Assembly (NCBI GenBank): GCA_039096225.1
Contig: JBBPEB010000026.1
Coordinates: 496,001 to 560,000 of the forward strand
Origin: Blastocystis sp. Blastoise
Lineage: Eukaryota > Protista > Bigyra: Opalinata
Reading direction: 5' to 3'
Length of the DNA stretch: 64,000 nt
A program made the position numbers and the translations under genes. Each line of letters starts with the position of its first letter. The first letter of the stretch is position 1. Under the pieces are notes generated by a model that was not told where the DNA came from, made no database searches, and saw only the letters and a program-made list of their open reading frames with translations. Positions 13,401-26,793 of this stretch are shown here, piece after piece.

Positions 13401-16400
13401 TATTTAATGTTAATGATTTTAAATGGCAATATCATTTAAGATATTATTATAATAGTAATGAAGCTGTATTATTAAGAAAATTACAATTAAAAGTAGCAGA
13501 TGCATGTTTTTATTATGGTTTTGAATATTTAGGTGTATGTGAACGTTTAGTACAAACACCCTTAACAGATAAATGTTATTTAACATTAACACAAGCATTA
13601 AATATGGGTATGGGTGGTAATCCATTTGGTCCTGCTGGTACAGGTAAAACAGAATCTGTTAAAATGTTAGCTGCACAATTAGGTCGTTTTTGTTTAGTAT
13701 TTAATTGTGATGAGAATTTTGATTTCCAAGCAATGGGTCGTATATTTAGAGGTTTATGTCAAGTTGGTGCTTGGGGTTGTTTTGATGAATTTAATCGTTT
13801 ACCTGAAAATATATTATCAGCTGTATCACAACAAATTTTAACAATACAAACTGGTTTAATGGAAAAATCAAAAGAAATTGTATTAATAGATAAAACTATT
13901 ACATTACATCCTAATGTAGGTATATTTGTAACAATGAATCCTGGTTACGCTGGTAGATCTAATTTACCTGATAATCTTAAACAATTATTTAGAGCTATTG
14001 CTATGATTAAACCAGATTGGGAACAAATTGCTCAAGTTATGTTATATTCACAAGGATTTAGAACATCATCTACATTAGCTGGTAAAGTAGTGTTATTATT
14101 TAATTTATGTACAGATCAATTATCTAGTCAATCTCATTATGATTTTGGTTTAAGAGCATTAAAATCTGTATTAGTTGCTGCTGGTAATATGAAAAGAGAA
14201 CGTATGAAGAAGAAGGAAGAAGAAAATAAAGGTAAAAATTTACCACCATTAACAGATGAACAACAAGAAAATGAAGAAAAAGATGTTTTAATTAGTGCTA
14301 TTAGTGATAATACTGTACCTAAATTAGTTGCTGAAGATATACCATTATTAAAATCATTAGTTGCTGGTGTATTCCCTGGTTATAATATACGTGATATTGA
14401 TAGTATAGCATTAAAGAATCAAATAAAAGAAGAATGTAAAAAGAATTTATTAGAACCAACAAATTCATTTGTAGAAAAAGTATTACAATTATATCAAGTT
14501 CAAGATATTCGTCATGGTATTATGAATGTTGGTCCTACAGGTAGTGGTAAAACTTCTGCTATACGTATATTAGCTGCTGCTATGGATAAATTAGATGGTA
14601 TTAAAACTGAAATATATGTTATTGATCCTAAAGCTTTAAGAAAAGAAGAATTATTTGGTACATTAGATAATACTACATTAGAATGGACAGATGGTATATT
14701 TACATATATTATTCGTCAAATATTAAATAATAATCGTGGTGAAAGTAATAAAAGACATTGGGTTGTATTTGATGGTGATGTTGATCCAGAATGGGCTGAA
14801 AATTTAAATTCTGTATTAGATGATAATAAATTATTAACATTACCTTCTGGTGATCGTCTTGCTTTAACACCAAATATACGTATTATGTTTGAAGTAGAAA
14901 CATTAAAATATGCTACTCCTGCTTCTGTTTCACGTTGTGGTGTTATTTGGTATTCTGAAGATTGTGTTAAAGAAGAAGATATATTCCATAATTGTTTAAA
15001 TAAAATACGTAATATACCTTTAATAGAAGATGCACCTCGTGATGTATTATTAATATTACAAAATAAATGTGTTGATATATTATCACCTTTCTTTGAACCT
15101 GATGGTTTAGTAAGTAGAGCATTAGCATGGTCATTATCTAAAGCACATGTTATGGATACTCCAAGAATGCAATTAATTAATTGTTTAATATGTTTATTAC
15201 AACAAACAATAAAAGGTATATGGGAATATAATGAAAATAATGAAGATTTCCCATTATCAGATGCACTTATGAATGAATATTTACCAAAGAAATTAATAGA
15301 AGCTATTATATGGGGATTTACGGGTTCTTCTAATTTTAAAATACGTACAGAATTATGTGATTTATTACGTGTAATAACAACAATAAAATTACCTCCTGAA
15401 GGTACATATGCTATAGATTATTGTGTAGATATGTCTGATGGTGAATGGCATCCTTGGAAAGAACAAGTACCTATATTAGATATAGAACCACAAAAGATAT
15501 TAGATGCTTCGTTAATTATACCTACTGTAGATACATTAAGACATGTTAGTATTGCTCATGCTTGTTTAAGTGCTCATTTACCTGTTATTTTCTGTGGTCC
15601 TCCTGGTTCTGGTAAATCTATGACTTTAACTGATACACTTAAGGTATTTATAGGGTTTTTTATTTTTTTTGTTGTTTTGTTTTTTTTTTTTATATATTAT
15701 TTATTATTTTATTTTTATTATTTGTATTTATTATTTGTATTTATTATGTTATATTATTTTTTTATTTATTATGTTATATTATTTTTTATTATTTTTTATT
15801 TATTATTTTTTTATATATATTTATTATTTTTTTATATATATTTATTATATTTATTAATATTCTATTAATATAATTATGACTATTAATTACTAACAATACA
15901 TAATATTTAGGCTATGCCAAATTTAGAATTAGTAAGTGTAAACTTTTCTTCTTCAACAACACCTGAATTATTATTAAAGATATTTGATCAATATTGTGAA
16001 TATAAGAAAACACCTAATGGTTTAATATTACGTCCATTAAATCCTGATAAATGGATAGTTATATTCTGTGATGAATGTAATTTACCAGAAGAAGATAAAT
16101 ATGGTACTCAACGTGTTATAACCTTCTTAAGAGAATTATTAGAACATGGTTGTTTCTGGAGACCCAAAGATCATCAATTAGTTACTATTGAACGTATTCA
16201 ATTTGTGGGTGCATGTAATCCTCCTACTGATGCTGGTCGTGTACCTTTATCTCATCGTTTCTTAGTACATGCTCCTGTTATGTTAGTTGATTATCCTGCT
16301 CCATTCTCATTAGAACAAATTTATGGTACATTCTGTAGAGGTTTATTAAAAATAATACCTTCCTTAAGAAGTTATGCTGATAAATTAACTGCTGCTATGG

Positions 16401-19400
16401 TTCGTTTTTATACAATAAATCAAACACATTTTACTGCTGATCAACATCCTCATTATATTTATAGTCCTCGTGAATTATCTAGATGGATACGTGCTTTATA
16501 TGGTTTTATTAGTGCACGTGCTTCGATGACACCTGAAGAATTAGTACGTATATATGCACATGAAGCATTACGTTTATTCCATGATCGTTTAGTTACTGAA
16601 GAAGAACGTACTTGGTGTGAACATCAATTAGATATGATATGTCAAGATTGTTTTACTGGTGTTGATATGAAATGTATTGAAAGACCTATATTATATACAC
16701 ATTGGTTATCATCATTATATGATAGTTGTGATCGTGATAGTTTAAGAACTTATTTACAAAAAAGATTAAAAACATTTTGTGAAGATGAATTAGAAGTAGA
16801 ATTAGTTTTATTTGATGATGTTTTAGAACATGTATTAAGAATTGATCGTGTATTAAGACAACCTATAGGACATTTATTAATGGTAGGTGAGTCGGGTGCT
16901 GGTAAAACTGTTTTATCTAAATTTGTTGCTTGGATGAATGGAATGAGTATATTCCAAATTAAAATTAGTAAAAAATATACTATTGATAATTTTGATGATG
17001 ATTTAAGAATGGTTATGAAAAAAGCTGGTGTTGATGGTGAACAAATATGTTTTATTTTTGATGAATCTAATATTTTATCTAGTGCTTTCTTAGAAAGAAT
17101 GAATGCATTATTAGCATCTGGTGAAGTACCTGGTTTATTTGAAGATGATGAAATGAGTCAATTATTAAATCAAATGAGAGATTCTATGAGTAAAGAAGGT
17201 ATAAATGCTGAAACATCTGATGAATTATTTAAAATATTTACTCGTCGTGTACAAATGAATTTACATGTAGTATTTACAATGAATCCTGCAAGTGGTGATT
17301 TTAAAGGACGTGCTGCTACTTCTCCTGCTTTATTTAATCGTTGTGTAGTTGATTGGTTTGGTACATGGAATAGAGATGCTTTATATCAAGTAGCTCAATA
17401 TTTTACTTCTTCATTACAAGTAGATGATAGTAATTATCATCCTACTACCTTAACACGTAATTTAATAGGTGAAGCATTAGGTCAAGAATTAGAAATGGAT
17501 GGTAATGTTACTTTACATGATTCTATTGCTTCTTGTATATATCATATACATCAAGGTATACGTAAACATGATCAAATAATGTCTAAAGGTATTGGTACTC
17601 ATACATTCCCTTCTCCACGTGATTATCTTGATTTTATTAGACATTATTTAGAATTAACTCGTATTAAACGTGAAGAATTAGAAGAACAACAAAAACATCT
17701 TGATAATGGTTTAGATAAATTAAATAGTACAGAAGCTGAAGTATTAAAATTAAAAGATGAATTATCAGTAAAAAAAGTAGAATTAACTGAATCTATTGCT
17801 AAAGCTAATAAAAAATTAGATGAAATTATTCAAAGTCAAAAAGTAGCTGAAGTTGAACAAGAAAAAGCTACAAAATTATCAGAAGAATTAAATGAACAAA
17901 AAGGTCAAGTTGAACAAAGACAAACATATATTAGTGATAAATTAGCACATGTTGAACCTATGGTACAAGAAGCTAAACAAGCTGTACAAGGTATTAATGC
18001 TAAAGATATTAAATGGTTAATTAGTTTAACTTCACCACCTGATATTTTAAGATTATGTTTAGAAGCTGTTTGTATTTTATTAGGTCAAAATGTTAAGAAT
18101 TGGAGTGATATACAAAAAGTATTAAGAAGTGCTGGTTTTGTTAAATCTGTAGTTGAATTAGATGCTAAACGTATTAATCCTAAAGCTAGTGATGCTATTA
18201 AATCTAAATATTTACCTAATCCTGATTTTACTTATGAAAAAATTAATCGTGGTTCTGTTGCTTGTGGTCCTTTATATAAATGGATTGTAAGTATTATAGA
18301 ATATGCTGAGATTATACAACAAATAAAACCATGGAATGATGAATTAATTCAATTAAAGAATAAATTAGTTGTTTTAGAAGATGATCATCAAAAATGTATG
18401 AATAAATTAGATGAATTAGATAAGATGTTAACTCAATTTAAGAATGAATATGCTGAATTAACACGTAATGTTGATCATTTAAAGAATGAAATTGATAGTG
18501 TTACAGTAAAAGTTGATAGAGCAACAAAATTATTAGAATCTTTAAAATCAGAACAATCTCGTTGGAAAATATCATCAGAAAATTTCAAAACACAAATACA
18601 ATCTATTTGTGGTGATTGTTTATTAAGTGGTGCTTTCTTAACATATTCTGGTTTTTGGGAACATCATTCTCGTCAACGTATGATAGATCAATGGAAAGGA
18701 TTATTAAAAGATTTAGAAATACCAATTGATCCTAGTTTTGAATTACAAAATTATTTAAGTGATACAAAACAACGTCAAGAATGGCAAGTTAATCATTTAC
18801 CTGTAGATGATTATTGTATTGAAAATGCTATTATATTAAAACATTTTATGAGATATCCATTAATTATTGATCCTTCTGGACAAGGTACTGATTTTATTAT
18901 GACTCATTATAGTAATCCAAAAATAACAAAAACATCATTTTTAGAACCTAATTTTATGAAACAATTAGAACAAGCGTTACGTTTTGGTACACAATTATTA
19001 ATTCAAGATGTAGAAAATGCTGATCCAGTAATGAATCCATTATTAAATAAAGAATTCCGTAAAGCTGGTGGTAGAACATTAATTCGTTTAGGAGAACAAG
19101 AAATTGATTTTTCACCTACTTTTAGATTATTTATGACTACACGTGATAATAGTTATCAATTCCCTCCTGATCTTTGTTCTCGTGTTACTTTTGTTAATTT
19201 TACTGTAACACCTTCTTCATTACAAGAACAATGTTTATCTTTAGTATTACAAAGAGAAGCACCTGAAGTATTTGAACAACGTGCTGAACAAATTAAATTA
19301 CAAGGTGAATTTGTAGCTAGATTAAGAGAATTAGAAGATAAATTATTAGATGCATTAAATAATTTGAAAGGTAATATTTTAGAAAATGATGTAGTTATGA

Positions 19401-22400
19401 ATACATTAGAGAATTTAAAGAAAGAATCCGGTGAAATTGCTGAAAAGATGAAACAAGCAGATAGTATTATGGAAGCCTTAAAATCTACTTCTGATATATA
19501 TAATCCATTAGCTAAAATATGTTCAAGAATTTATTTTGCTATGGAAGAATTAGAAAATATTAATATATTATATAGATATAGTTTATCATTTTATATGGAT
19601 GTTGTATATAATGTATTAAATCATGAAACAGCTGATATTACTAGTGCTAAAAAACGTATGGAAAAATTAATGAAAGATTTATTTATAGAATCTTATGCAC
19701 GTGTTGCACGTGGTTTAAAGCATATTGATGCACGTGTATTTGCTTTACGTTTAGCACAATTATATTTAGAAAATGAAGGTGATGAACCTGATTTTGATGA
19801 ATTTAGTTTATTAATACATGGTGTAACAACAACTGTTAATGATAAATCTATATTATTAGTAAAACAAATATTTGGTGATCAATTAAATGAAGAACAAAGT
19901 TTATTATTAGCAAGTCATTTATCTTTAAAGAATACTCAAACATTACAGAATCATATGATGGAACATAATGATTGGTGGATTAATACATTCTTAACTAGTA
20001 ATGATGGTAAAGTATTTAATGATATACCTGATAAAATAGGTGAAATGAATTGGTCTGTTAATAAAACTTATTGGAGATATATGTTATTAATTAAAGAATT
20101 AAGACCTGAATGTGTTATTAGTGTTATTGAAGATTTTGTTTGTCGTATTTTTGGTGATAATTTCTTAGAAGGTGAAGTATTAAAATTAAAAGATTTATTA
20201 TTAACAGAAACAAAAGCTGAATCACCTTTATTATTATGTTCAATGCCTGGTTATGATCCTTCTGCTCAAATAGATACATTAGCAAAAGAATTAAAGAAAC
20301 ATTTAAATTCTGTATCTATGGGTAATCAAGAATCTTTTGATGAAGCTAATAAACAAATTACACAATGTGCTACTCAAGGTGGATTTGTATTATTAAGAAA
20401 TGTACATTTATGTCCTGAATGGTTATCAGGATTAGAAAAGAAAATATATAATTTAAAATTAAATCCTAATTTTAGATTATTCTTAACAAGTGAAATTCAT
20501 CCTAAATTACCTCCTGCTTTAATTCGTTTATCTTATACATTAATGTTTGAAACACCATCCGGTGTTCGTGCTTCTTTAACTAGATCCTTACGTAATATAC
20601 CAGAAGAAAGAATGTGTGCTGCTCCTATAGAAAGATCGAAATTATATTTCTTATTAGCATGGTTACATGCACTAATAGAAGAAAGATTACGTTATGTACC
20701 AGCTGGTTGGACAAAAGCATATGAATTTAGTGAAACTGATCAACGTTGTTCTATGAATGTAATAGATTATTGGGTAAATCATGAAGCTAAAGGTGCTAGT
20801 CATGTTGATCCTGATAAATTATCATGGACAGCTATACGTACATTATTAGTAGAAGCTTTATATGGTGGTAGAATTGATAATACATTTGATAATAAATTAT
20901 TAGATAGTTTATTAAGACAAACTTTTGTACCTGAAGCATTTTCACCTCATTTTGCTCTTGTGAAGACATTTAATGATAAAGGTATTCCTGAAGTTCTATT
21001 AGAAGCTCCTGAAGGAAACACAAAAGAACAATTTTTATCTTGGGCAAATACTTTACCTTCTCGTAATAGTCCATTATGGTTAGGTTTACCTGCTACTGCT
21101 GAAGAACGATTATTAAGTACTCAAGGTTCTTATGCTATTAATGAATTATTAAAAGTACAAGGTAGTGCTTTAGAAAATAATGAAGATCAAGAAAATAATT
21201 CATCTCGTGATAAATTAATGAATACAGTAGAAATGTATTTAAAGGAAACAGATATTAAATTAGAAGGATTAGTTCGTGATGCTCAATTATTAAATAATCC
21301 ATTATTTAGATTTTTAGATAGAGAAATAAAGATTGGTATAGAATTATTAACAATGATACGTTCTGAATTAACTGCTGTTTTAGGTAGTTTGAATGGTAGT
21401 TCTAAAGCTACACAACAAACACGTAGTTTAATTGTTGAATTATCTGCTGATCGTATACCTAAATTCTGGTGTAATAAATATTTCTGCCCACCTGGTCAAA
21501 GTATGTTTTATTATTATTATTTTTTTTTTTTTTATTTATTTATTTTTTTATTTATTTAATTTATTTTATTTATTTTATTTATTTTATTTATTTTATTTAT
21601 TTTATTTATTATTATTATTATTATTATTTATTTATTATTATTTATTTATTATTATAATAAAATATATTTCTATATTTTCCTATATAGTTTGTTCTCAATG
21701 GATAAAAGATTTTGTATTACGTATAAAGCAATTATCAGTATTAAGTAAGACACCCTTCGATCAAATCGGTTCTAAAGGTGTTTGGTTAGGTGGTTTTTTC
21801 CAACCTGAAGCATTTATTACTGCCAGTAGACAATATGTTTCTCAAAATCATGGCTGGGCCTTAGGTCAATTAAATATGAGAGTCATTCCTGGAGGTGTTA
21901 GTACAGAAAAGAAAGATAGAGAATTTATTTTCCATAATTTATTCTTAGAAGGCGCTGAATGGCAAGATGAAAAACTTGTTCCTTCTGATGAAATTAGGTA
22001 TATAGTTTTTATTATTTATTATATTTATTATATTTATTTTATTTATTTTTATTTTTGTTTTTTTTTATTTAATTTTATTATTATTTTAATTTATCATATC
22101 ATTTTATAATTATTATTTAATTATTATTATTTTTGACTTTTAATATGAATTCCTTATATATATATAAATATACTAATATATTTATAATTAGAACTGCAAT
22201 GCCTTCTGTATTAATTCGTTGGGAACACGATGATGAATTTGATCGTTCTTTAGATATTAATCGTGTTGATATTCCTCTTTATTTATCAGAACATCGTTCT
22301 GTATTATTATGTATTATGAGAATGGATAGATTAATTACTGTACCTACAGAATTATGGTCTCAACGTGGTACTACACTTCTTGCTTGGAGACAAACACTTT

Positions 22401-22402
22401 AA
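7428..22402 (+). CDS. DYNC1H1: Cytoplasmic dynein 1 heavy chain (9 introns)
   Basis: Tail motif LQEGVNRWVKEIQKVTKL and RPRIQGAIQQFQSQLI (cytoplasmic type); four P-loops GPAGTGKT, GPTGSGKT, GPPGSGKS, GESGAGKT; WGCFDEFNRL, HYDFGLRALKSVL; stalk coiled coil; ATG 7428, stop 22400-22402. Confidence 0.97.
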
Positions 22403-22671
22403 ATAGTATAAAGAATTATTATTTTTTTATATTCACCTATATATTTATGTTTTCTTATTTATACTTTTTATTCTCATTCTTTTTTATAAATTATCTATAA
22501 TATATATATATTTATTTTTTAAATTTTTTCTTATTACAAAAAATTAAAATGATTGTTTATTTATTCTTATTTAGTTTATTTTATATTATTTAAATACTAT
22601 ATATTTATTCTTCTTTGAGAAACAGTTAATTTAAATGAATTGATAACAAAAGAAATGAAAATATTGAACAA

Positions 22672-22988
22672 TTAAGAATCTTTAAAGACTTCATTTTTTC
22701 TATAAAATAGATTTTTGGTTTCTGAATCCCATTTCTGCATAGATTCTAAAACACGTAGTGCATCGTAACCTTGTTTCTGTAATTTTTGAATTTGAACTGA
22801 ATCATTTTCACCTCTAGTTATTTGAAACATATCTCTTATATTATATTGAAGCTATAAAATATGAAATAATAATATAAATAATGATTTGACCAACAAACTT
22901 TTTCTGATAATGGTGCCGGTTGAAAGTTACGAGCGCATTTTAATAACTTTTTATATATAATTAATGATTCCTTTGATAAGTTATTCAT
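22672..22988 (-). CDS. LYR-motif (Complex1_LYR family) small protein, 2 exons; absent from ORF track
   Basis: MNNLSKESLIIYKKLLKCARNFQPAPLSEK|LQYNIRDMFQITRGENDSVQIQKLQKQGYDALRVL...; GT-AG intron 22852-22898; matches the LY(K/R)xxL(R/K)...IRxxF...D...I...G pattern. Confidence 0.8.
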
Positions 22989-23854
22989 TTAGATTGTTTA
23001 TATAAGATTAAAAAAAGAAATATCATTTTTATCTATTTTTATTTTATTTTTTCTGGATTATATGTTTATATTGTGGGTATTATTACGTTATATTATTTAT
23101 CTCTTTCATATTTTATATGCAGTGATTTGAGATTTATGATATAAAAATAAAGATTGTCAAAATAAGAAGAGATTTGATCAACCAAATTACAAGATATTTT
23201 GTGTAGAAATGTTTCACATAAGTTAATTTACAATATATTTATCATTTGATTGGATATAAATCATGACAATGATTTGAATTAGTTAATGAAGTGATCAAAG
23301 CCTTTTCTTTCTTATACTAATTGATAATATAATGTGTTTCTGATATTATATTAATTTTGAAAAATAGATATATAAACAGTAAAAGAATAAATCAAGTCAA
23401 TTTTGTGTTATACTAATAAATATATGACTTGAATAAATGATAAAAGGGATGAATATGATAATTTTTTTTATAAATTCAACAATAAATTGAATAAATAGTT
23501 TAAAATCTTATGAAATTTTTAAAAAATAATATATATGTATAACTATAATAAACAAATAGTTCTCCAATACACATTTTTTTAATTTATAGATTACAAATTC
23601 TTTAAAATATATAAATAAAATATATAAAAATTTATATAGAAAGAAATAATGTAATAGAAGAAAGATAAGAATTAATATATAAGAACTATTTTAAAAACTA
23701 AAGAAAAAGTGAAATAATATAAGAAAAAGTGAAAATGTATATATGTTTTCTTAGTAAAAAAATATATATATATATTTGTTATGATATATATATAATCATA
23801 GAATACTTAATATATATTAAATAAATAAAAAATAGATATATATATATATATATT

Positions 23855-24408
23855 TCATTTACTTTGAATAATAAATAACAAGATCTCTTACCGATGAATA
23901 AGTACAAATAACCATGATTATTGTGAAGATAACAATTAATATATAATCTCCAATAAGTTCAATTTTAGAAAGAGGATTCTTTGTTTTATAAGACCAAATA
24001 ACATTTAATAATATAGGGAATATTAATGAACAAAATGAAATCGTAAATGCACCAAGTAAAAGAGTATGTTAAGAAATATATAAAGATATATATAATAATT
24101 GCTATAATAATAATAATTGTTATAATAATAATTGTTATAATAATAATAATTGTTATAATAATAATAATTGTTATTAATAAAATATATAAAGGATATTTAG
24201 ACTAAAAACAGTATCAAACGAGGGGACAAAGAATGAAATGATAGAAACAATAATAGCTTGGCATACACGTGATAAAATACGTTTATAATCAGTAATAAAT
24301 ACTTTATTACAAGTAGGGTTAGAAATATTAGCTTCAGTAATTTCTAGAATACCCAAGAATTGAAGAGGATAATTACCCAAACAACTAATAATCATAGCAA
24401 TACAAATC

Positions 24409-24472
<64 letters not shown>

Positions 24473-24847
24473 AACACTCATAATAGAATTAGGATCTAAA
24501 TTCTTTGCAATATTACCTTGAATACCATCTATATATATAATATATATAACACTAACATAATAATAAGATTAATTAGAAGAAGAAGAATATTAATATAATA
24601 ATAGATATAATAATAATAATAGATATAATAACAATAATAGATATATATATATATATTTGGGTCATTTTGGAAGATGAGGAAGAGTGGAATACCAGTAACA
24701 AGATAAATGACGCAGAGTGACGTCATGGATACAGCAATTCCCGTGTTTACTTTAGAACGAACTCTCATTCGCATATCATTATATATAAATATAATAAGTA
24801 TAATAATTAGTATAATAATAATAATAATATATAATAATAATAATAAG

Positions 24848-24885
<38 letters not shown>

Positions 24886-25177
24886 GTATAATAATAATAA
24901 TAATAATAATAAGTATAAGTATAATAATGAATAATAATATATAATCATAAGTATAACGTACATATAAGGGGAATAGCATAAAAGTGAATGAAGTGGAGGA
25001 GATGAAGATACCAAGATTGCTGACTACACTCTCAAAACTAACGGGCCAAAGATTAGAAGCATTAACAGAAATACCATAGGACATACCTCCACTTATGAAT
25101 AAAATGATAAAGGAGAGAATAAGAGCAAATAAACCAAATCCAGAAATACATACTAATTGACTATATATAATAATAAG

Positions 25178-25238
<61 letters not shown>

Positions 25239-25383
25239 TACGTTGTATCTTTTAATAATAAGAACATAATTCCTAATATAGTCATAAGAATACATGCATA
25301 TAAACGGATGTCACTTTCAGGAAGAGTAACACCTATTTGAGACCAAGGTAATTGAGTAGTAAAATCAGTTAAAATAATCTATA

Positions 25384-25430
<47 letters not shown>

Positions 25431-26024
25431 TAACTTAGATAATAATAATAATAATAATATATATACCATAGTACCCACATTACATCCCCAAAGAGTAATA
25501 AGTAAGCATATAGTAATAGCATAATAACCAAAATCACCTAATAAAGCATAAGAAAATAAAGCATATTCACTTTTTGTTTTTTTGGCATTATAATTATGTG
25601 TTGGTTTGGCAACATAATAATTTTTTATTTTAAGTAAAATAACAGAACAATAATAATAGGCCCAGCAAACGAATAAATAAAATAGTAAACCAATAACGAT
25701 ACCCACTTTCGACATTGCAATTGGAACTGCAAAAGCACTTAAACCTAGAGCTGATTTTGTGATATTTATAGTGAATTGAGGAAGAGTTAAACCATATTCT
25801 TTAGGACGTTTTTTATGTTCTTCAGGAATATCAGTCGCAGCCAGTTCAGAAGCAGCTTCTTTATCAAATGTAAGTGCAGTTTCATTATTTAAACCATCCT
25901 TTATATCCTTCATTTCTTTGGACTCATCGACAACATTATCAGGAACTGTGACTGTAACTTGACTATCGAGAGTCTTAGGGCTTGCTACAACCTCAGCAGG
26001 AACCTCAGGGTTGACAACAGACAT
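23855..26024 (-). CDS. Amino acid/auxin permease (Aa_trans, SLC36/38-like) transporter, 6 introns, three of them non-GT-AG
   Basis: INITKSALGLSAFAVPIAMSKVGIVIG (TM1-2), GIQGNIAKNL, SCLGNYPLQF, VPSFDTVFSL|IGAFTISFCSLIFP; multiple TM segments; ATG 26024, TGA 23855-23857. Confidence 0.88.
24056..24196 (-). other. U12-type (minor spliceosome) AT-AC intron in amino-acid transporter
   Basis: 5'SS ATATCCTTT; branch TTTCTTAAC ~12 nt before AC; removal restores FSL-IGAFT. Confidence 0.92.
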
Positions 26025-26793
26025 ATTTATCAATATTTATTTAAAAAAAGAAAGAATTCTTTTTTCTTTTATATGATTTTTCTTTTTTCTAAAAATAAAA
26101 AAATAAAACAACAAAAACCAGAGAATTCATGGAAGTTTCTCTATTTTCTCCCAACCATTCTTTTTTAACGACCATTCATTGATCATTTTTATAAAAAGCC
26201 GTTTTATTTCATATTCTCATAATCCAATCATTTGTATATATATTTATAAAAATAAAATTAGGTTGGTAATTCCCTATTTGTGAATTATGTTCTTTTTGCT
26301 GTTTATTAACCAATTCCCTTTATTTCCCCTTCTAAAGAAGAAATTATAAACTTTCATTTACCACTTAATATTCTCTTTATTCATGATAATAACATGATTC
26401 TTCTTCTTCAATTTATTCTCTTAGTGTCTTGGAAGAAAAACGAGCTATCAACCAAAAGAAGCCTTGTTAATCATATATATTGAATATATAGTGTCGTTTT
26501 ATAAACACGACAAAAAATAGAGTTCAAAAAAAAAGAAAACATAGACAAGAGAATTGAATAGAAGAAAAAAGAAAAAAGAAGAAAAGCATAACATACAAGT
26601 ATAGCATACATATGAAAGTAGATCTAAAAAAAAAATGAAAAAAAATTCTTTAAAACAGAAAAACGAATAGATTCAGAGAAATAAAAAAAATAGGATGACA
26701 ATGGAGATAAAAATATATAAAATACTACCTTGCATCTAAATAGTATTCGTTTATTATCTCACCTAAACCAAATAAATTGCTAAGACGAAAATA

